NCBI GenBank assembly: GCA_002189035.1
Contig: CM007991.1
Coordinates: forward strand, 1,178,001 to 1,242,000
DNA length: 64,000 bases
Reading direction: 5' to 3'
Source: Utricularia gibba
Lineage: Eukaryota; Plantae; Magnoliophyta
Below, piece after piece: positions 1-13,226 of the stretch. The notes beneath the pieces were generated by a model. That model made no database searches. It was not told the DNA's origin and was given only the letters and a program-made list of their open reading frames with translations. Numbering within the stretch: the stretch's first letter is position 1; each line of letters starts with the position of its first letter. Position numbers and translations under genes: made by a program.

Positions 1-333
1 TTTAAAATAAATAATAAATGAGTGAATAAAAAGGACAGAGTGATGCCGCTAAGACATGGTATGCGAGATGGTCCGTCTGTCCATCCATCATCCAGCTACT
101 ATTCTGTCTCCGGCCCTCACTTGGACAAGGATATGATCCAAAAGTCAACCTAGTAACCACAACTAACTCCATTTCTTTGAAGAAAACAAAAGGAGGGAGA
201 GGGAGATGAAGCACACAATCACGTACCTTATCTACTTTCACATCTGGTCAACCTAACCTTCTTCTCCACCAGCCATTTCCCATGTTATTTATTCTTCACT
301 CACGCATCTTAATCTTGCATTATTCCATGGTGA

Positions 334-1308
334 ATGGAGGGGCTCGAGGAAGGAACCTACTGCGGGGATGGGCTGCTTCAGAGTCTTCTTCTTGGTGGTA
401 TCCCGCCATTGTTCATGCATACAGTTGGTGAAGAAGTCCCTGAGTCGGACTCCGGCGTGCCGAGTTTTCCCGGCGCACCGGCTCTAGGCTACGACAGTTC
501 TGAGCATGCTGTTACGACACGCGAGATCATGAATGTCTCCGGGTTAGTACGACTAATGTAGAAGGGTTTGCTCAAACCTTCTGTGCATTGCCTTGTTTTT
601 CTTGCTAAAAACTGTGGTTTTCTTCTAATCAGACTTCCGGTGGAATGCATGAGAAAGTGTAGCAGAAGTGTCCATGAAGAAAGCAGCTTCAGGTATAGTA
701 TGAGGATCAAGAGCTGCGACGGCGTTGTCGGAGAGGACGGCTACAAGTGGCGCAAGTACGGACAGAAATCCATCAAAAACAGCCCCAATCCCAGGTTTGA
801 CTACCCTTCTTTCAAAATAATGCACATGTAATAATTATTGATTAAGCAAAAAAAAATGACCTTGCAACCTGTTTGCAGATGCTATTACCGGTGCACGAAC
901 CCTAGATGCAGTGCCAAGAAGCAGGTGGAGCGGGCGGCTGACGACCCGGAAACTTACATCGTAACGTACGACGGCTTCCACCTCCATTTCACTTTCCCGT
1001 TTCTCATCTCCGACCAGATCGACACGCCGGTGAAGAAACAAAAAAGGCCGGTCCTTCAGGCCCAAGAATACATGGACCTAATGCAGCAAAGCCCGCTTAC
1101 TGGCAGCTGGGTTGAGGGTCTAACGGGCCAAAAAGGCCTGCTTGAGGACGTGGTGGCATTCACGGCAAGGAAGCCCCTCAAGGTGGCCGCCGCCGCCGAT
1201 TCACGGCGGGCATCATTTTCCGATGACACGTATCCTTGCGCTTCCTCCCCAGCCTCGTCGAACTCATTCTCTTGGACTTCCGCGTACGAGTATTTGGGCC
1301 TAATCTAA
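334..1308 (+). CDS. WRKY49: WRKY transcription factor, group IIc, WRKY49-like (3 exons: 334-542, 633-794, 879-1308)
   Basis: Spliced product contains DGYKWRKYGQKSIKNSPNPR|CYYRCTNPRCSAKKQVER...YDGFHLH (WRKYGQK plus C2H2 finger) with the typical phase-2 intron in the Arg codon; all GT-AG sites canonical; C-terminal GLLEDVV motif. Orthology to WRKY49 is from recall. Confidence 0.9.
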
Positions 1309-3262
1309 CACTCATGCTATGCAAGTAAACTTACGTTATCTTTAATTTGCCACTACGAATTCACAGAAAGCCCAATGAGGTTAACCAAAGCCCGGCCCAC
1401 CGTAGCATTTTTTTAATTAATTGTGGAAATAACACAACGTTATCTCCCAACCACGCAACCATAATCTGAGAGGAGTACGGATGGTGCTCTACGAAACACG
1501 ATTCGGATTGCGCCACGTCATTTAACACAACGACTGGTGTTGACCCTTCGTCAACCCGACCACATGAGTGGTTTTGGTTTTTTCCCAATTTTTATATTTG
1601 TTCTCTTTATGTAAATATCAAGATTTTTCTATGGCCTAATTTTTTAATTAAAAAAGGCATTTAAAATACTTTCCAGAAAAAAAAGCACTTGTGGTTGTTC
1701 ACATTCATAATCTATTTTTATATTTTTTTGCAATAATTAAATAATATATTGCTTTTCAACATTGAAGCTTGATTTGAAGCAACAAATGAGTGTCTTTCGC
1801 ATTCGCTTGTACTGACGGCTTTGGATTTATGCAACACATGATTAGAGTTGGAGACAAAACTCCCATTTCGAAATAAAAAGAATAAAAATACTTTTAATCA
1901 CTAAAATTATTACTATTAAATTCTGAAAATAATCTAAGCCGCCACGTAAGCTTCTGGATGCTTGAACCAAACGAGAACTTTAGGGAATTTTGCATTTTCC
2001 GAAGTACGACAATTCAGAGAATCATAATGATTAGTTTTCTCCTCGGGGATCGAGACGGAGATTCCGTGTGCACTCAAAAGAAGGAAGACAAGAATCATGA
2101 TTGTAATAATGGAATTTTGTTTGTTTATTATAAATGCTATATTTTTTAAAAATATTATTTTGAAATTAATATTAAGTAAATAAAATGATAAAAGTTAAAA
2201 TCCCATTATCATAATTTACATTTATCATGGTTGTAATTTATCATGATGCTGGGATTTTGTTACCACAAACAAAGTAATTATAAATGTTATAATTATCTGG
2301 ATCACTTATAAATGTGGCTACCCTTTCATTCTTTATTTCACATCAAGATAAAATTTTTTGACTGAGGGTAAAGTCCATCTTTCTAGTACACCCATTTTTG
2401 TCTGGGTCTAGATACATTTTATTATTAGTTTGTGATTTTTCATATATTCGAAATATATTTATCAAATATAATAATAATTTAAATATATTATTAATTTAAA
2501 TATATTATTAATTAAATTAATCTATAAAACATAGTCTGATTTTTTAATAATTTTTTAGTTTACTTTTGATGTACAACAGTTGGAAATGTGCTGTATCCAG
2601 AGGATGACAATTTTGAAAAAGAAAACAGAATAATAATAAAAATATAATAATCTTATGCCAGCTTCCGGTTTGTTGTTAACTAGGACTGGTCTTTTTTATT
2701 CGGTAGAATATTAAATGAAGTACGAACACAAAAAGAGAATATTCGTTGTGGTACTTATTTAAAAAAAATTAAATTGACTATATATCATTTTTATTTCATA
2801 TATTATGGCAAAAACAATTAATACTGAAGGTGTGGGCATTTATTTCAGATACATGTGGATATCTCTCATTGGTCCAAGTGTAATATGGATGATTATTAGC
2901 TTTTTGGTCTTTAATTTAAATTTCTTTTTTGTAAAATAGTGACTGGACGGTGGAGTTTTTTTCTTCATTTTTCAGTTGTTAAAGAAAAAGAGAGGCCTTT
3001 ATTGGTCTATTTAAGCCGTGCTACGACCATTGCTTCCCTTCGCAATCTTCCATTGGAGAAGCTCTCGTAGCTGGAAAATTCTGTGACGCTCCCAATCTTC
3101 TCTACTCGATTTCCGTAAGCATTCTTGGCTTGTTGTAAGGAAATGGAAGTTTCAGACATTTTTTTGGGGTGAAAATATGGGTTCAGACAGGTGTTAGATG
3201 TAATCTTTTGGGGTTTACGTTTAAAAGTATGGAAGATTATCGTTAATGTGAGACGTTGCTAA

Positions 3263-3385
3263 ATGGGTTTTCCGTATGTTCCTTCATTTGTTCGTTGGAG
3301 AACATTTTTTTTATCTGTGGGGATTGATTTCGTTTCCGACGCGTTTCTTTTTACTGCTCATGTTGAAGTTGAAGATGGAATATGA
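3263..3385 (+). other. Candidate 40-aa upstream ORF overlapping the HAD start codon
   Basis: ATG 3263 reads MGFPYVPSFVRWRTFFLSVGIDFVSDAFLFTAHVEVEDGI* and stops at 3383-3385, 8 nt into the main ORF, out of frame with it. Could be partly intronic. Confidence 0.4.
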
Positions 3386-4783
3386 GAACTGGTTCAGGGA
3401 GGCTCAGAAGCCGAAATATGATTGCCTTCTTTTTGGTGAGTAGTTAAAAAGAGTTTTAATTTTGATTTGGTGAAGATTTCATTCTGTTTGATGCTATTTT
3501 CCTTGCTTCTTTTGCTTGTGTTGTAGATCTTGATGATACCCTTTATCCCTTAAGCACTGGGCTTGCTGCATCAGTTCTTACGAACATAAAAGGTAAGACC
3601 TTTTGATATTTTTAATGAAAAGCGTCCGTTATTTATCCTATATTTTTTGCAGACTACCTAGTGGAAAAGTTGGGGATTGAAGAGAGCAAACTTTCTGATT
3701 TATGCAACTTATTGTATAAGAACTATGGTACTACAATGGCTGGTCTCAGGGTGAGCACTCTTTTCTTTTCAAGTTTGTGGGTATCATTCTGATTCTCATT
3801 CACCCAAATGACCACTTTGTGCTGCTGATGCAGGCTATCGGTTATGATTTCGACTACGACGAGTATCATGGGTAGATATATATCTTGAATCCTCATTGTT
3901 GAATAGCCTTTGCAATTCATGTATCAGACAAAATGAATCTACTGTTCTTGCATTACAGCTTTGTGCATGGGAGACTGCCCTATAAAAATCTAAAGCCTGA
4001 TCCGGTTCTCCGAAGCCTTCTGTTAAGCCTGCCTATTCGCAAAGTTGTAAGTGCAATTTCTGATGACTTTTCACATACTTTGAAGTCTTCTATTTGCTCA
4101 TGTATGATTCTACTTCAGATTTTCACAAATGCTGACAAGATTCATGCCATTAAAGTCCTGGATAAGCTCGGTCTTGAAGATTGCTTTGAAGGGATCATCT
4201 GCTTCGAGACCCTGAATCCAATTCACAAAGACATGGCCTCAGATGATGATATCAGATCAAGCCGGGAAATTTTCGACATAATCGGCCACTTTTCTCAGCC
4301 CGGCGGGGATTCATCCACACTCCCAGCTACCCCAGTTCTCTGCAAACCATCAGAATCCGCTATCCAGATGGCGCTTAAAGTCGCCAACATTGATCCACAT
4401 AGAACAGTACCTCCCCGCCCTTTCATCTCTTCATTCATCCAAGCTCCCATTGTTGCTTACATTCTTATGTCTGTTTCCATCTTGACACTGCAGCTATTCT
4501 TCGAAGACAGCATCAGAAACATTCAATCTGCCAAACGCTTAGGCCTTCACACTGTTCTGGTAAAGAATCACCATCTCTGTTAGATTCAAGAGCCCTGTGG
4601 AAATATCCATATTGACCCAAATGCTGAATGCAGATCGGCAAATCACAGAGAGTTAAGGGCGCAGATTATGCTATAGAGAGCATTCATAATCTCCGGGAAG
4701 CCATCCCTGAGCTGTGGGAAGGCGAGAAGGTTCTCGAAATCACCTACCCTGAAGTTGGAGTTGAGACTTACGCTCTAGCTTAG
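3375..4783 (+). CDS. HAD-superfamily hydrolase, SDT1/pyrimidine 5'-nucleotidase-like (8 coding exons)
   Basis: MEYEN...KYDCLLF|DLDDTLYP (HAD motif I), YGTTMAGLR, IFTNAD, LCKPS, FFEDSIRNI; exons join in frame at canonical sites; stop TAG at 4781-4783. Confidence 0.93.
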
Positions 4784-5924
4784 CTTCCCTTAATGTATGT
4801 ACATTTCTCTTTATCGAACGAAGCAGCACAAATTTATGTATAGTCGCTGAAATTTTATTGTCTGAAGTCGCGTTTCACTTTACACCTTTCCATCTAGCGA
4901 CTATACCTAATTATTGAAATTAATACCATAGCCTCAAATTCATATCCCTGATTGTTTAATTTTGTAGGATTTGTTCTATAATTTTAAGATGTAGTTCCAT
5001 TTTAAAAATTATATAAATATAATCAATTTCAGATTATAAAATTTTTTTATGAAGCAATATAAAATTATATTATAAAATTTAATATATTAAATTATTGTAT
5101 AATATAATGTTATGATATGAAAATATTTTTATAGTAGATAAAATTAAATATTATAATTCTATAATTAATTTTTTTATTTAATCTCGATAACAAAAATTGA
5201 ATAATTTTTAAAATTAATCACGAATCTTAATTCTATTATAACAATGATCCAACTTAGATTGATGTGATGTCCCTTTCTTAATTCTGATTTTACTACACAC
5301 AACTAAAGATTAGAATCTATAAAAATTAAAAAGAATAATTTCAATAAATTAATAAAACAGAACAAGTCAATAATATTCGATAGTAATCAATTTGGTATTA
5401 TTATAATGAAATTTATTTGCGCGTTTGGTACAATGATTAATTCAACTCTTATGGTGGCCGTACCATATACAATAATTGTCACTTGTTTTTTTGTACAATC
5501 GAGTGCGTTCAAGGTAATCACATCACCATGTGGTGTTTTCATTTGTTTACGTCATTGCCTAATGATGATTAAAAGTCTTAATCTTTGTTAGGTATATATT
5601 ATCGATTTTTTTAAACAAAATTTAAAATATAAATAATTCGTATTTGATATTAAAATTATTTATGATTTAAGTTTTCGAACCGTAATTACTTACTGCATAA
5701 ACGGGTTTGGATGTGGATCAGGTCGGGTCAATAAAACCGACCGCGTTAGAAGTCTTCGTTGGAAGTTTCGTTAAACTACTGCTTGGTTCTGGGGGAAACG
5801 GTTGACCCACTCCGGAGCCCCTTCTCTCCTCCGGCGGCTTCCTAAACCCTTGTACAATTTGCTTTTCATCATCTTCAAGAATTCGTTGAGCTACGTGGAT
5901 TCTTGTGGTCGGTAATTTCCTCCG

Positions 5925-8111
5925 ATGGCTACTACGGTGGCGACCGCGGATGATGTACAAATTAGAGTTCATTCACGGCGAGGAAGCACCACGATCCACC
6001 CGTTTACGGGGGAAACAACGTCTGGTGCCGCCAACCAGAACGCTTTTGTTTACCGGGAAGTTAAGCATTTCAAGAAGTGGTTTCCGTGGTTGATTCCTTT
6101 CTTCGTTGTGGCTAATACTGTGATGTTCATTATCACCATGTATGTTAATAATTGCCCCGGAAATTCCTACTCCTGTATTGCTCAATTTTTAGGGAGGTTT
6201 TCTTTCCAGCCCTTCAGCGAAAATCCTCTTCTTGGGCCCTCTTCAGCGACGTAAGTTCCTTTCGTTTTGATGTGGATTACATAGTTACCCTTTTCCATAG
6301 AGATTTATTAAACGAGTTGAGAACACTAAACTCCAATGTGTAACTTATAAAACTATTATTATGGATCAATTGTCAGTTAATTAGTTAATTTTTAGTCTTG
6401 TGCAGATTGGAGAAAATGGGCGCTCTAGATGTCCCAAAAGTTGTTCATCAACATCAGGGATGGCGGCTCATCACTTGTATGTGGTTACATGCCGGAGTTT
6501 TTCACTTGCTTGCCAACATGTTGAGTCTTTTAGTTATCGGTATCCGGCTTGAGCAAGAATTTGGATTCGGTATGTATACAAGTCCATACCCATCATTGAA
6601 TTATCGCATCTTTTAGCTGAAATTTGTGACCTCGTAGATTAACCGTGCATCATGATCAATTAATATAGCGTTCATTATTCAAATGTTCCGGCAATATCAT
6701 ATTGAGTTCACTTCTATGAATAGAATATGCGCTCTGGAATGCCGTGGCGCCTATTTCTACTGTTTTTTTTCTTTCTTCTGCCCGTGCTTCTGTCTCTGCA
6801 CAAAAGCAAAAACATATTTCATTCAGACACAATATAGAACGCATGCCTGGTATTAAATTGATTGATGGATTCATATTAGATCTTCATAGTCATGTAAATG
6901 TTGGTTACCACTGCTTTTCTTTTTCCAGTATATGTATTTCTCAATTGGAATTCATAGCAGCAGCTTGAGCTCTATAGATCACACCACCAAATAACAGCAC
7001 CCTTAATGCTAATGTGCATTATGATGCTTTGCAGTGCGCATTGGTTTGCTTTATCTCATCTCTGGATTTGGAGGAAGTTTGTTATCAGCTCTATTTATTC
7101 AATCAAATATATCAGTTGGTGCGTCAGGAGCACTTTTTGGATTATTGGGTGGAATGCTGTCTGAGCTAATAACAAATTGGTCCATATATTTTAACAAGGT
7201 ACTCATCTTTCTGGTACTCATGATGGTTACCAATTTTTTAGTGTCAGTTTTAACAGACTCCTTTCCTATATCCTCCTTTCAGTTAGCAGCTTTGGTTACC
7301 CTTGTGGTAATAATTGCTATCAATTTAGCCGTCGGTATCCTCCCACATGTGGATAATTTCGCTCATATTGGAGGATTTTTGTCTGGATTTTTTCTGGGAT
7401 TTGTGTTTTTGATAAGGCCTCAGTATGGATGGGTAAACCAGAGGTATGCCCCACCAGGATTTTCATCTGATGGAGTTAAGCCTAAATTCAAGGCTTACCA
7501 GCGTGTTCTTTGGGTCATTTCATTGATTCTTCTCATTGTCGGGTATGTAGTGAACTCTTTTCCTAGTGTCCTGTTTGACCCTGACACCTCAAACCTTCAA
7601 CATCATTCCATGATGAACCTGTAAATTTTCCGTGAACAGGTTCGCGTTTGGGTTGGTTCAACTTCTCCGCGGTGTGGATTTAAACGACCACTGTTCATGG
7701 TGCCATTATCTCAGCTGTGTTCCCACTTCACGATGGAGCTGCAACACTCAGCCTGTCTCTTGCCAGGTAAAGAACGGCTTCCCTTGACAACTCTTGCATA
7801 CCTTCTTCTCTTTATCCCAACTTTTCCCAAGTTTTAATGGTTCAAAAAGGAGAATTTTTTGTTGAGCTTACAAAAAATTTATCATTTTTGGTTAGATACG
7901 AACGAGACTGTTGTTGTTGAGCATGCATTCTGTATTTTCTGTTGCGTGATGTTTGTCGATTGCTGAAACTTGAGAACATGGAGTGCAGGCTGTACAAACG
8001 GGGAACCAGTACATCTTAACATGCTCAAACAACGGTGCAAGCAGGGTGTTTACGCTTGCCAACCCGACCTCCACGCAAATTCAGGGACTCTGTGTACAGC
8101 TCTGCCGTTGA
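5925..8111 (+). CDS. Rhomboid-like intramembrane serine protease (RBL1-4 clade)
   Basis: [29 protein letters not shown], catalytic VGASGA (Ser) and [10 protein letters not shown] (His), C-terminal [13 protein letters not shown] and GLCVQLCR*; six exons join in frame. Confidence 0.95.
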
Positions 8112-8332
8112 AAGATGCTTCACATTTTGTTCCTTCCTGCGTGCGCGCATCGCTGTAGTTGTGATGATTTATTTCGGTTAAACGGTTATCCGTTGGGTTT
8201 ATGGCTGGTGCAACAAAATTCCAGGCTTTAACTCGTAGGCATCATGGTCCATGTTTGACCAGATTTGAATTTGGAATTTTGTTGGGCTGTTGGAATGGGC
8301 TGAGAAGACAAGCCCCAACAAGCAGCCAACTT

Positions 8333-8338
8333 AAAAAA
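8333..8338 (-). terminator. Pol III T6 terminator of tRNA-Lys
   Basis: A6 on the + strand 3 nt past the tRNA 3' end. Confidence 0.85.
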
Positions 8339-8341
8339 GTG

Positions 8342-8414
8342 CGCCCACCGTGGGGCTCGAACCCACGACCACAAGGTTAAGAGCCTTGCGCTCTACCGAC
8401 TGAGCTAGACGGGC
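8342..8414 (-). tRNA. tRNA-Lys(CTT)
   Basis: Reverse complement GCCCGTCTAGCTCAGTCGGTAGAGCGCAAGGCTCTTAACCTTGTGGTCGTGGGTTCGAGCCCCACGGTGGGCG: 73 nt, A and B boxes, CTT anticodon, CAA motif just upstream. Confidence 0.98.
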
Positions 8415-8807
8415 ATTTGATTGGGTCATTAATCTTGTAATATTTATTCAATTATTACGCTTATAAAAAACAAGGAAAATATGCTTAAGAAATTGATATT
8501 AGAATTTCTAAATTTGCAAACAAATCATGAAGTTTGTTAGTATTCATCCTTATTATCAACTTGATTTTTTAAACTTGAACCCTGTCATTCATTATATTGT
8601 AAAGAAGATTTATTATCATTTTTAAAAGTTTCTAAGTTTAAAAATTTGGACAAAAAAAGGTAACAATTTGAGACTACCATAATAAGCACTAATATTTTAA
8701 TAATAATTTACAAATCCACAGTATAAAAACACATCACGCAAAATACTGAAAATCGCATGAAATATTTCCATCATTAGGGTTTTAGTCTTGGTATAAGTAG
8801 CCAGCCT

Positions 8808-10601
8808 ATGCATGCCTCTGCAGGCTTCATCTCCGGAGATATGGGACCGTTGTCAATGTTGTTTTTCTGCTCTCTTCTGCTGCTCACATCGCCGCCGTCG
8901 TCCTCCGCAGCCACTCCCGACCGGAACTTGCAAGTGGAACAGTTGCTGTCTCAGTTGAACAAGCCCTATGTCAAGTCCATCAATGTACTGTGTTTTTGCT
9001 GTTCTTAAATTTTGCCTTTTGCATGCTGAGCAAATATTCCATGTAGTGCTGATACACTGCAGAGCCCCGACGGCGATATCATCGACTGCGTCGACATTCA
9101 TCACCAGCCGGCACTGGATCATCCCTTGCTTCGGAACCATACTATTCAAGTACTTGTGTATTGCCTATGAGCTTCGAATTTGCAGCTTGTAAGAAGAAAA
9201 TCATACTTCGTCTGTGTTGCATGTTGCAGTTGGTTCCCAGTAGTTATCCACATGGAATGAATGCAAGCGGAGGGAGGGAGGCAGGAGAAAGAACTCAGAC
9301 ATGGCGGGAGAAGGAGAGTTGCCCTGTAGGAGCAGTTCCGATCATAAGAACAAAGAGGGAAGATGTGCTCAGAGCAAGCTCTGTCAAAGCCTATGGCAAG
9401 AAAACTTACGTCCCCGTCCATCTGGATCAGAACCTGATTCCTCCTGTTTTTGATGACTCTGCCAATCACGAGGTGAATCCATGGCCTGGTTTGCTTGCCT
9501 CCCTTTTTTAAACATTCACGTCTAACAAGGCGAGAGCATGCACGTTTTCAAGTACGCCGTCGGCGCAGTCAGAGGCGGGAGATTCTTCGGAGGAAGATCT
9601 TTCTTCAACGTATGGAACCCTTATGTCGAAGCAAATGAAATGACGCTATCTCAGATGTGGATATCTGCCGGCGTCGGAGCTTACTTGAACACCATTGAAG
9701 CAGGCTGGCAGGTTAATGTCCAAATCCGACAAACTTCAACTATGTTTTTGTGTCATCCCAGGAACTGAGAGAATGATTAGCATGATCCTAAACCATCACG
9801 AACTTGCAGGTTTACCCAGCCTTGAATGGAGACCGTCTGACAAGATTCTTCATCTACTGGACTGTGAGTTTTCTGAACTTTCTTCATTCAATTTCTTATG
9901 CTAAATTTCCTGTTTCTTTTTTTCACGTTGACGATCAGAGCGATAACTATGGGCTCACGGGCTGCTACAATTTGAAGTGTCCTGGATTTGTTCAAGTCGA
10001 CCACAGATTCCCCCTCGGCGGCCCTATCCGGCCGATATCGGCGTACGGCGGTGCGCAGTACGATATCGGAATCGATATATGGAAGGTGAGGTTCATACTA
10101 CAGCAACTAGTGAGTATTTCAGAACCATGCACGTTACGCAGGTTTTGCGCAACTCTACAGGATCCACGAACGGGGAACTGGTATCTGCAGGTCGACAACG
10201 TAGTAGTAGGATACTGGCCATCGTCGCTGTTCACGATCATGAACGATGCGGCTTCCGGAGTCGACTGGGGCGGTGAAGTGTTCAACCTAAGGTATCTTCG
10301 CCGGCCACATTTTCTCTTGCGAACTCTGTAGTTACGGCTATCACTCTGTCTCAGAAACGGCGGCCGGCACACGACTACTCAGATGGGGAGCGGCCATTTC
10401 CCGGAGGAGGGAGGCAACAGAGCAGCATACATTCGAAACCTTCAGTTGGTGGATGCATCACATGCGTTGATTCCTGCAAAAAACGTAGCAGCAGTAGTTG
10501 CACAGCGCACAAACTGCTACAGGTTTACCAGCCACTACAACAACGTTTATGAGAACTACATCTACTTTGGAGGCCCTGGGAGGAACCCCAACTGCCCTTA
10601 G
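8808..10601 (+). CDS. Neprosin-family secreted peptidase (signal peptide, activation peptide, neprosin/DUF239 domain), 8 exons; start at 8808 or 8841
   Basis: Hydrophobic N-terminus, KSI|[77 protein letters not shown]; all junctions in frame. Confidence 0.95.
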
Positions 10602-10685
10602 ATCATTCATTTTTGTTTCGTAATAGTTGGTATTTTGCAATAAAACCATGTCATTTGAATGATTATGCAACAAGATGGTACTACA

Positions 10686-13226
10686 TTACCATATGAACCT
10701 CTGGATACCGGGTTCGTGATTCCATGAAAAGGGGCGATATAAGAACATGAACAATGTGAAGCAGTTGATGGAAAGATAAATAATACCCATAAGAAGCCAG
10801 CTGCTGTCTGAGATATCAGAGTGCAGAGCTAAGAAAATGGATGGGATGGTGTAGTATCTGAACTCAATCAGTGGTGCTGGAACCAGAGATGCTGCACAGG
10901 CGAAACAGTATGCCAGCACCAACAGTTTCTTCTGGTTTTTACCTGAGATTGACATGGAATAGTATAAGCACAATGAGGATGGGGTGGGGTGAAAACTGTA
11001 GCTTGAATGAAAGGTAACCAACCGAATTTGATCATGATGGAAAGCCATGAGTATACATAGAGGGGAACCATGAGGTACTTCATTATGTAGTGGACGTTGA
11101 TGATTCTTCGCCAGATATAGAAAGTGTAGTGTCGATTATCCGCCAAGAGATAGGGATGCGCAATGCTGCAGAGACAAAATATCGAAACAGATTGTCCATG
11201 AGAGCCTCTATACATATGTCCATGTTAGTCACATGAATTATGAAGAATCAGAAGGTGTTGCTTCGAAAGCAATAATCTTCATGAATACGAGCATAACTTG
11301 AAAAAAAGGAATTTTCATGTTAGATTAATGAGCTTTTCTCTTGAACCTGAAAAAGCGAACAAAAATCAATCCAGCCATCAGCATGATGAACCATTGAAAG
11401 AAAAAAAGGGTTTTATTCTTGAGGAACTGGTTAAACAGCGCTCCAACTTGGCTGCCAGAGAAGTGAGCAGGAAACATAAAGAGCGCAGAAACCACACCAA
11501 AGTACAGAAGCTGTGAAAAGTGGGGAGAGACTTCATGAGCTTCTTTGGCGCCTGCAAACAAGAGTCCTCAAACCTGTATTAGAGTTCAAAAGCCATATAG
11601 AGAAAGTAGAGATCACTCATTGAAAGATAAATAGAGGAAAGCAGGAATACCAAGAACAATTCCCTCGTTGCACCATACAAAGGCAATAAAAGCCACAAGT
11701 AGGATGCAGAATGGAGCAAAAGAAACCGACAGCTCCCAGAAATGATTCCATGAAACAATTATTACACTTTCTAGCTCATCAAGGAACCCTGTTATGACAC
11801 AAATAAAGGGTAAACAGATTGAGTGATTGATGACACACATTCATTATGTGCGAAATATCATTATAACACTTTCTATTAACCATATATTTCGAGCATAAGA
11901 GACAGACTGCATCACTGTTATTTAAAGGAAATATCACCTGAAGAGGGAATTGCAGGAGCTAAGTTTGCCGAGATAAAATTATCCTGATCCTTGGTATCAT
12001 ACTTGCTTTTTCGCTTTCTCAAGTTAGAAACTGCCTCTCCTTTTTTGTTGGATGATGTATTATGATCTATTTTTGAAAGGTAGATATCAACTTTTTCCGG
12101 TCTATGTGCAACATGAGATTCAGTAAACTGGATAACACCAGTGCATGCAGCAAAAAGAACCCAAATGATATTTGTTTGGCGTACGAACACAGAGAAAGCC
12201 CCAAGCTACACACAGAAGAGAAAAAAAGAAATTGAATGATCGTTCACCTAAAAATGTAGGAGCAGAGGCAGAGCCAGAGATAAATAACAACTTCTAATTC
12301 TGTGTAAAAAAAGCATATCTTTCTATACAAAACGAAACTTCCACACGAACTAGGAGAGAGCGTTATGCCCATTACATGTTTGAGATAACAAAATAAACTG
12401 TGACATACCAATGAGCTAAATAAGTGTTTCTTCTTCAACATCAAGAGATACATGGCAAGTACTGCAGTCAGTGATGCCACGTCTGTGTAGTATAGAAAAG
12501 TGAAGAACCAATGTAGAGGATACAATGACAAGACTACAGCACGAAATGCCGCCTTTCTCTCACTAAGGGATGGCTTCAAAACAGAAATGATCTCATAAAT
12601 CAAAACTCCACAGGTCACTGCCAAAATACAATTTGTGAAACGCAGAACTGAAGTGGAGCACAATTCTGAAAATGACGAAACAGCCTGGATGCAGAAGAAT
12701 ATTGGGTAAAGAGAAGCAACATATGCCAATGAAAGGGAATACCTGCAGAATTTGAAAAAGTAGAAAAATCAATCCCTTATGTTCTGGGTAATTGATGCAT
12801 AATTTAATATATCCCGAGTAGCAAACAAGCGAAATAAACTGCATATTAAGTAGATTACGAGCTCAATATTTCAGATTTTCGTTGAAAAACTTAATATCAA
12901 TCAATGGTTCTTAAGATCCAAACGAGTTTCTACACTACTCAAACAAAAAATTCCACATATATACTTACAGCCCAGGAGGAGTGGTGATCATGGGTCCCAA
13001 CTTCTAAATTTGCCTCGGCAGTATTCCTGCGCTTGTGGTACGTGAAATATCTCATCCTGTATATCCATAGCCACCATCAGGAGGCAGCAAATAACATATA
13101 AAAGAGAAGCCCGAAAGAAGAAAACAAAAAGTTCACCATATAGGGCTCAGGAACAATTTGATTGACCAAAATACAGAAGGGAATCGTGCATATGGCTACA
13201 ATGACAGCAATTGCGACTCTACCCAT
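10686..13226 (-). CDS. ALG10: Dol-P-Glc:Glc2Man9GlcNAc2-PP-Dol alpha-1,2-glucosyltransferase
   Basis: MGRVAIAVIV...VPEPYM|DEIFHVPQAQEYC...WDPMITTPPG, FFTFLYYTDVAS, RQTNIIW, HPYLLADNRHYTFYIWR, PAPLIEFRYYTIP, QRFIW*. Confidence 0.95.

Noticed and set aside
1361-1588. 75-aa minus-strand ORF and GTTGAC-N5-GTCAAC palindrome downstream of WRKY
   Set aside because: No recognisable family; only one arm is a true W-box, and a 6-bp palindrome is expected by chance.
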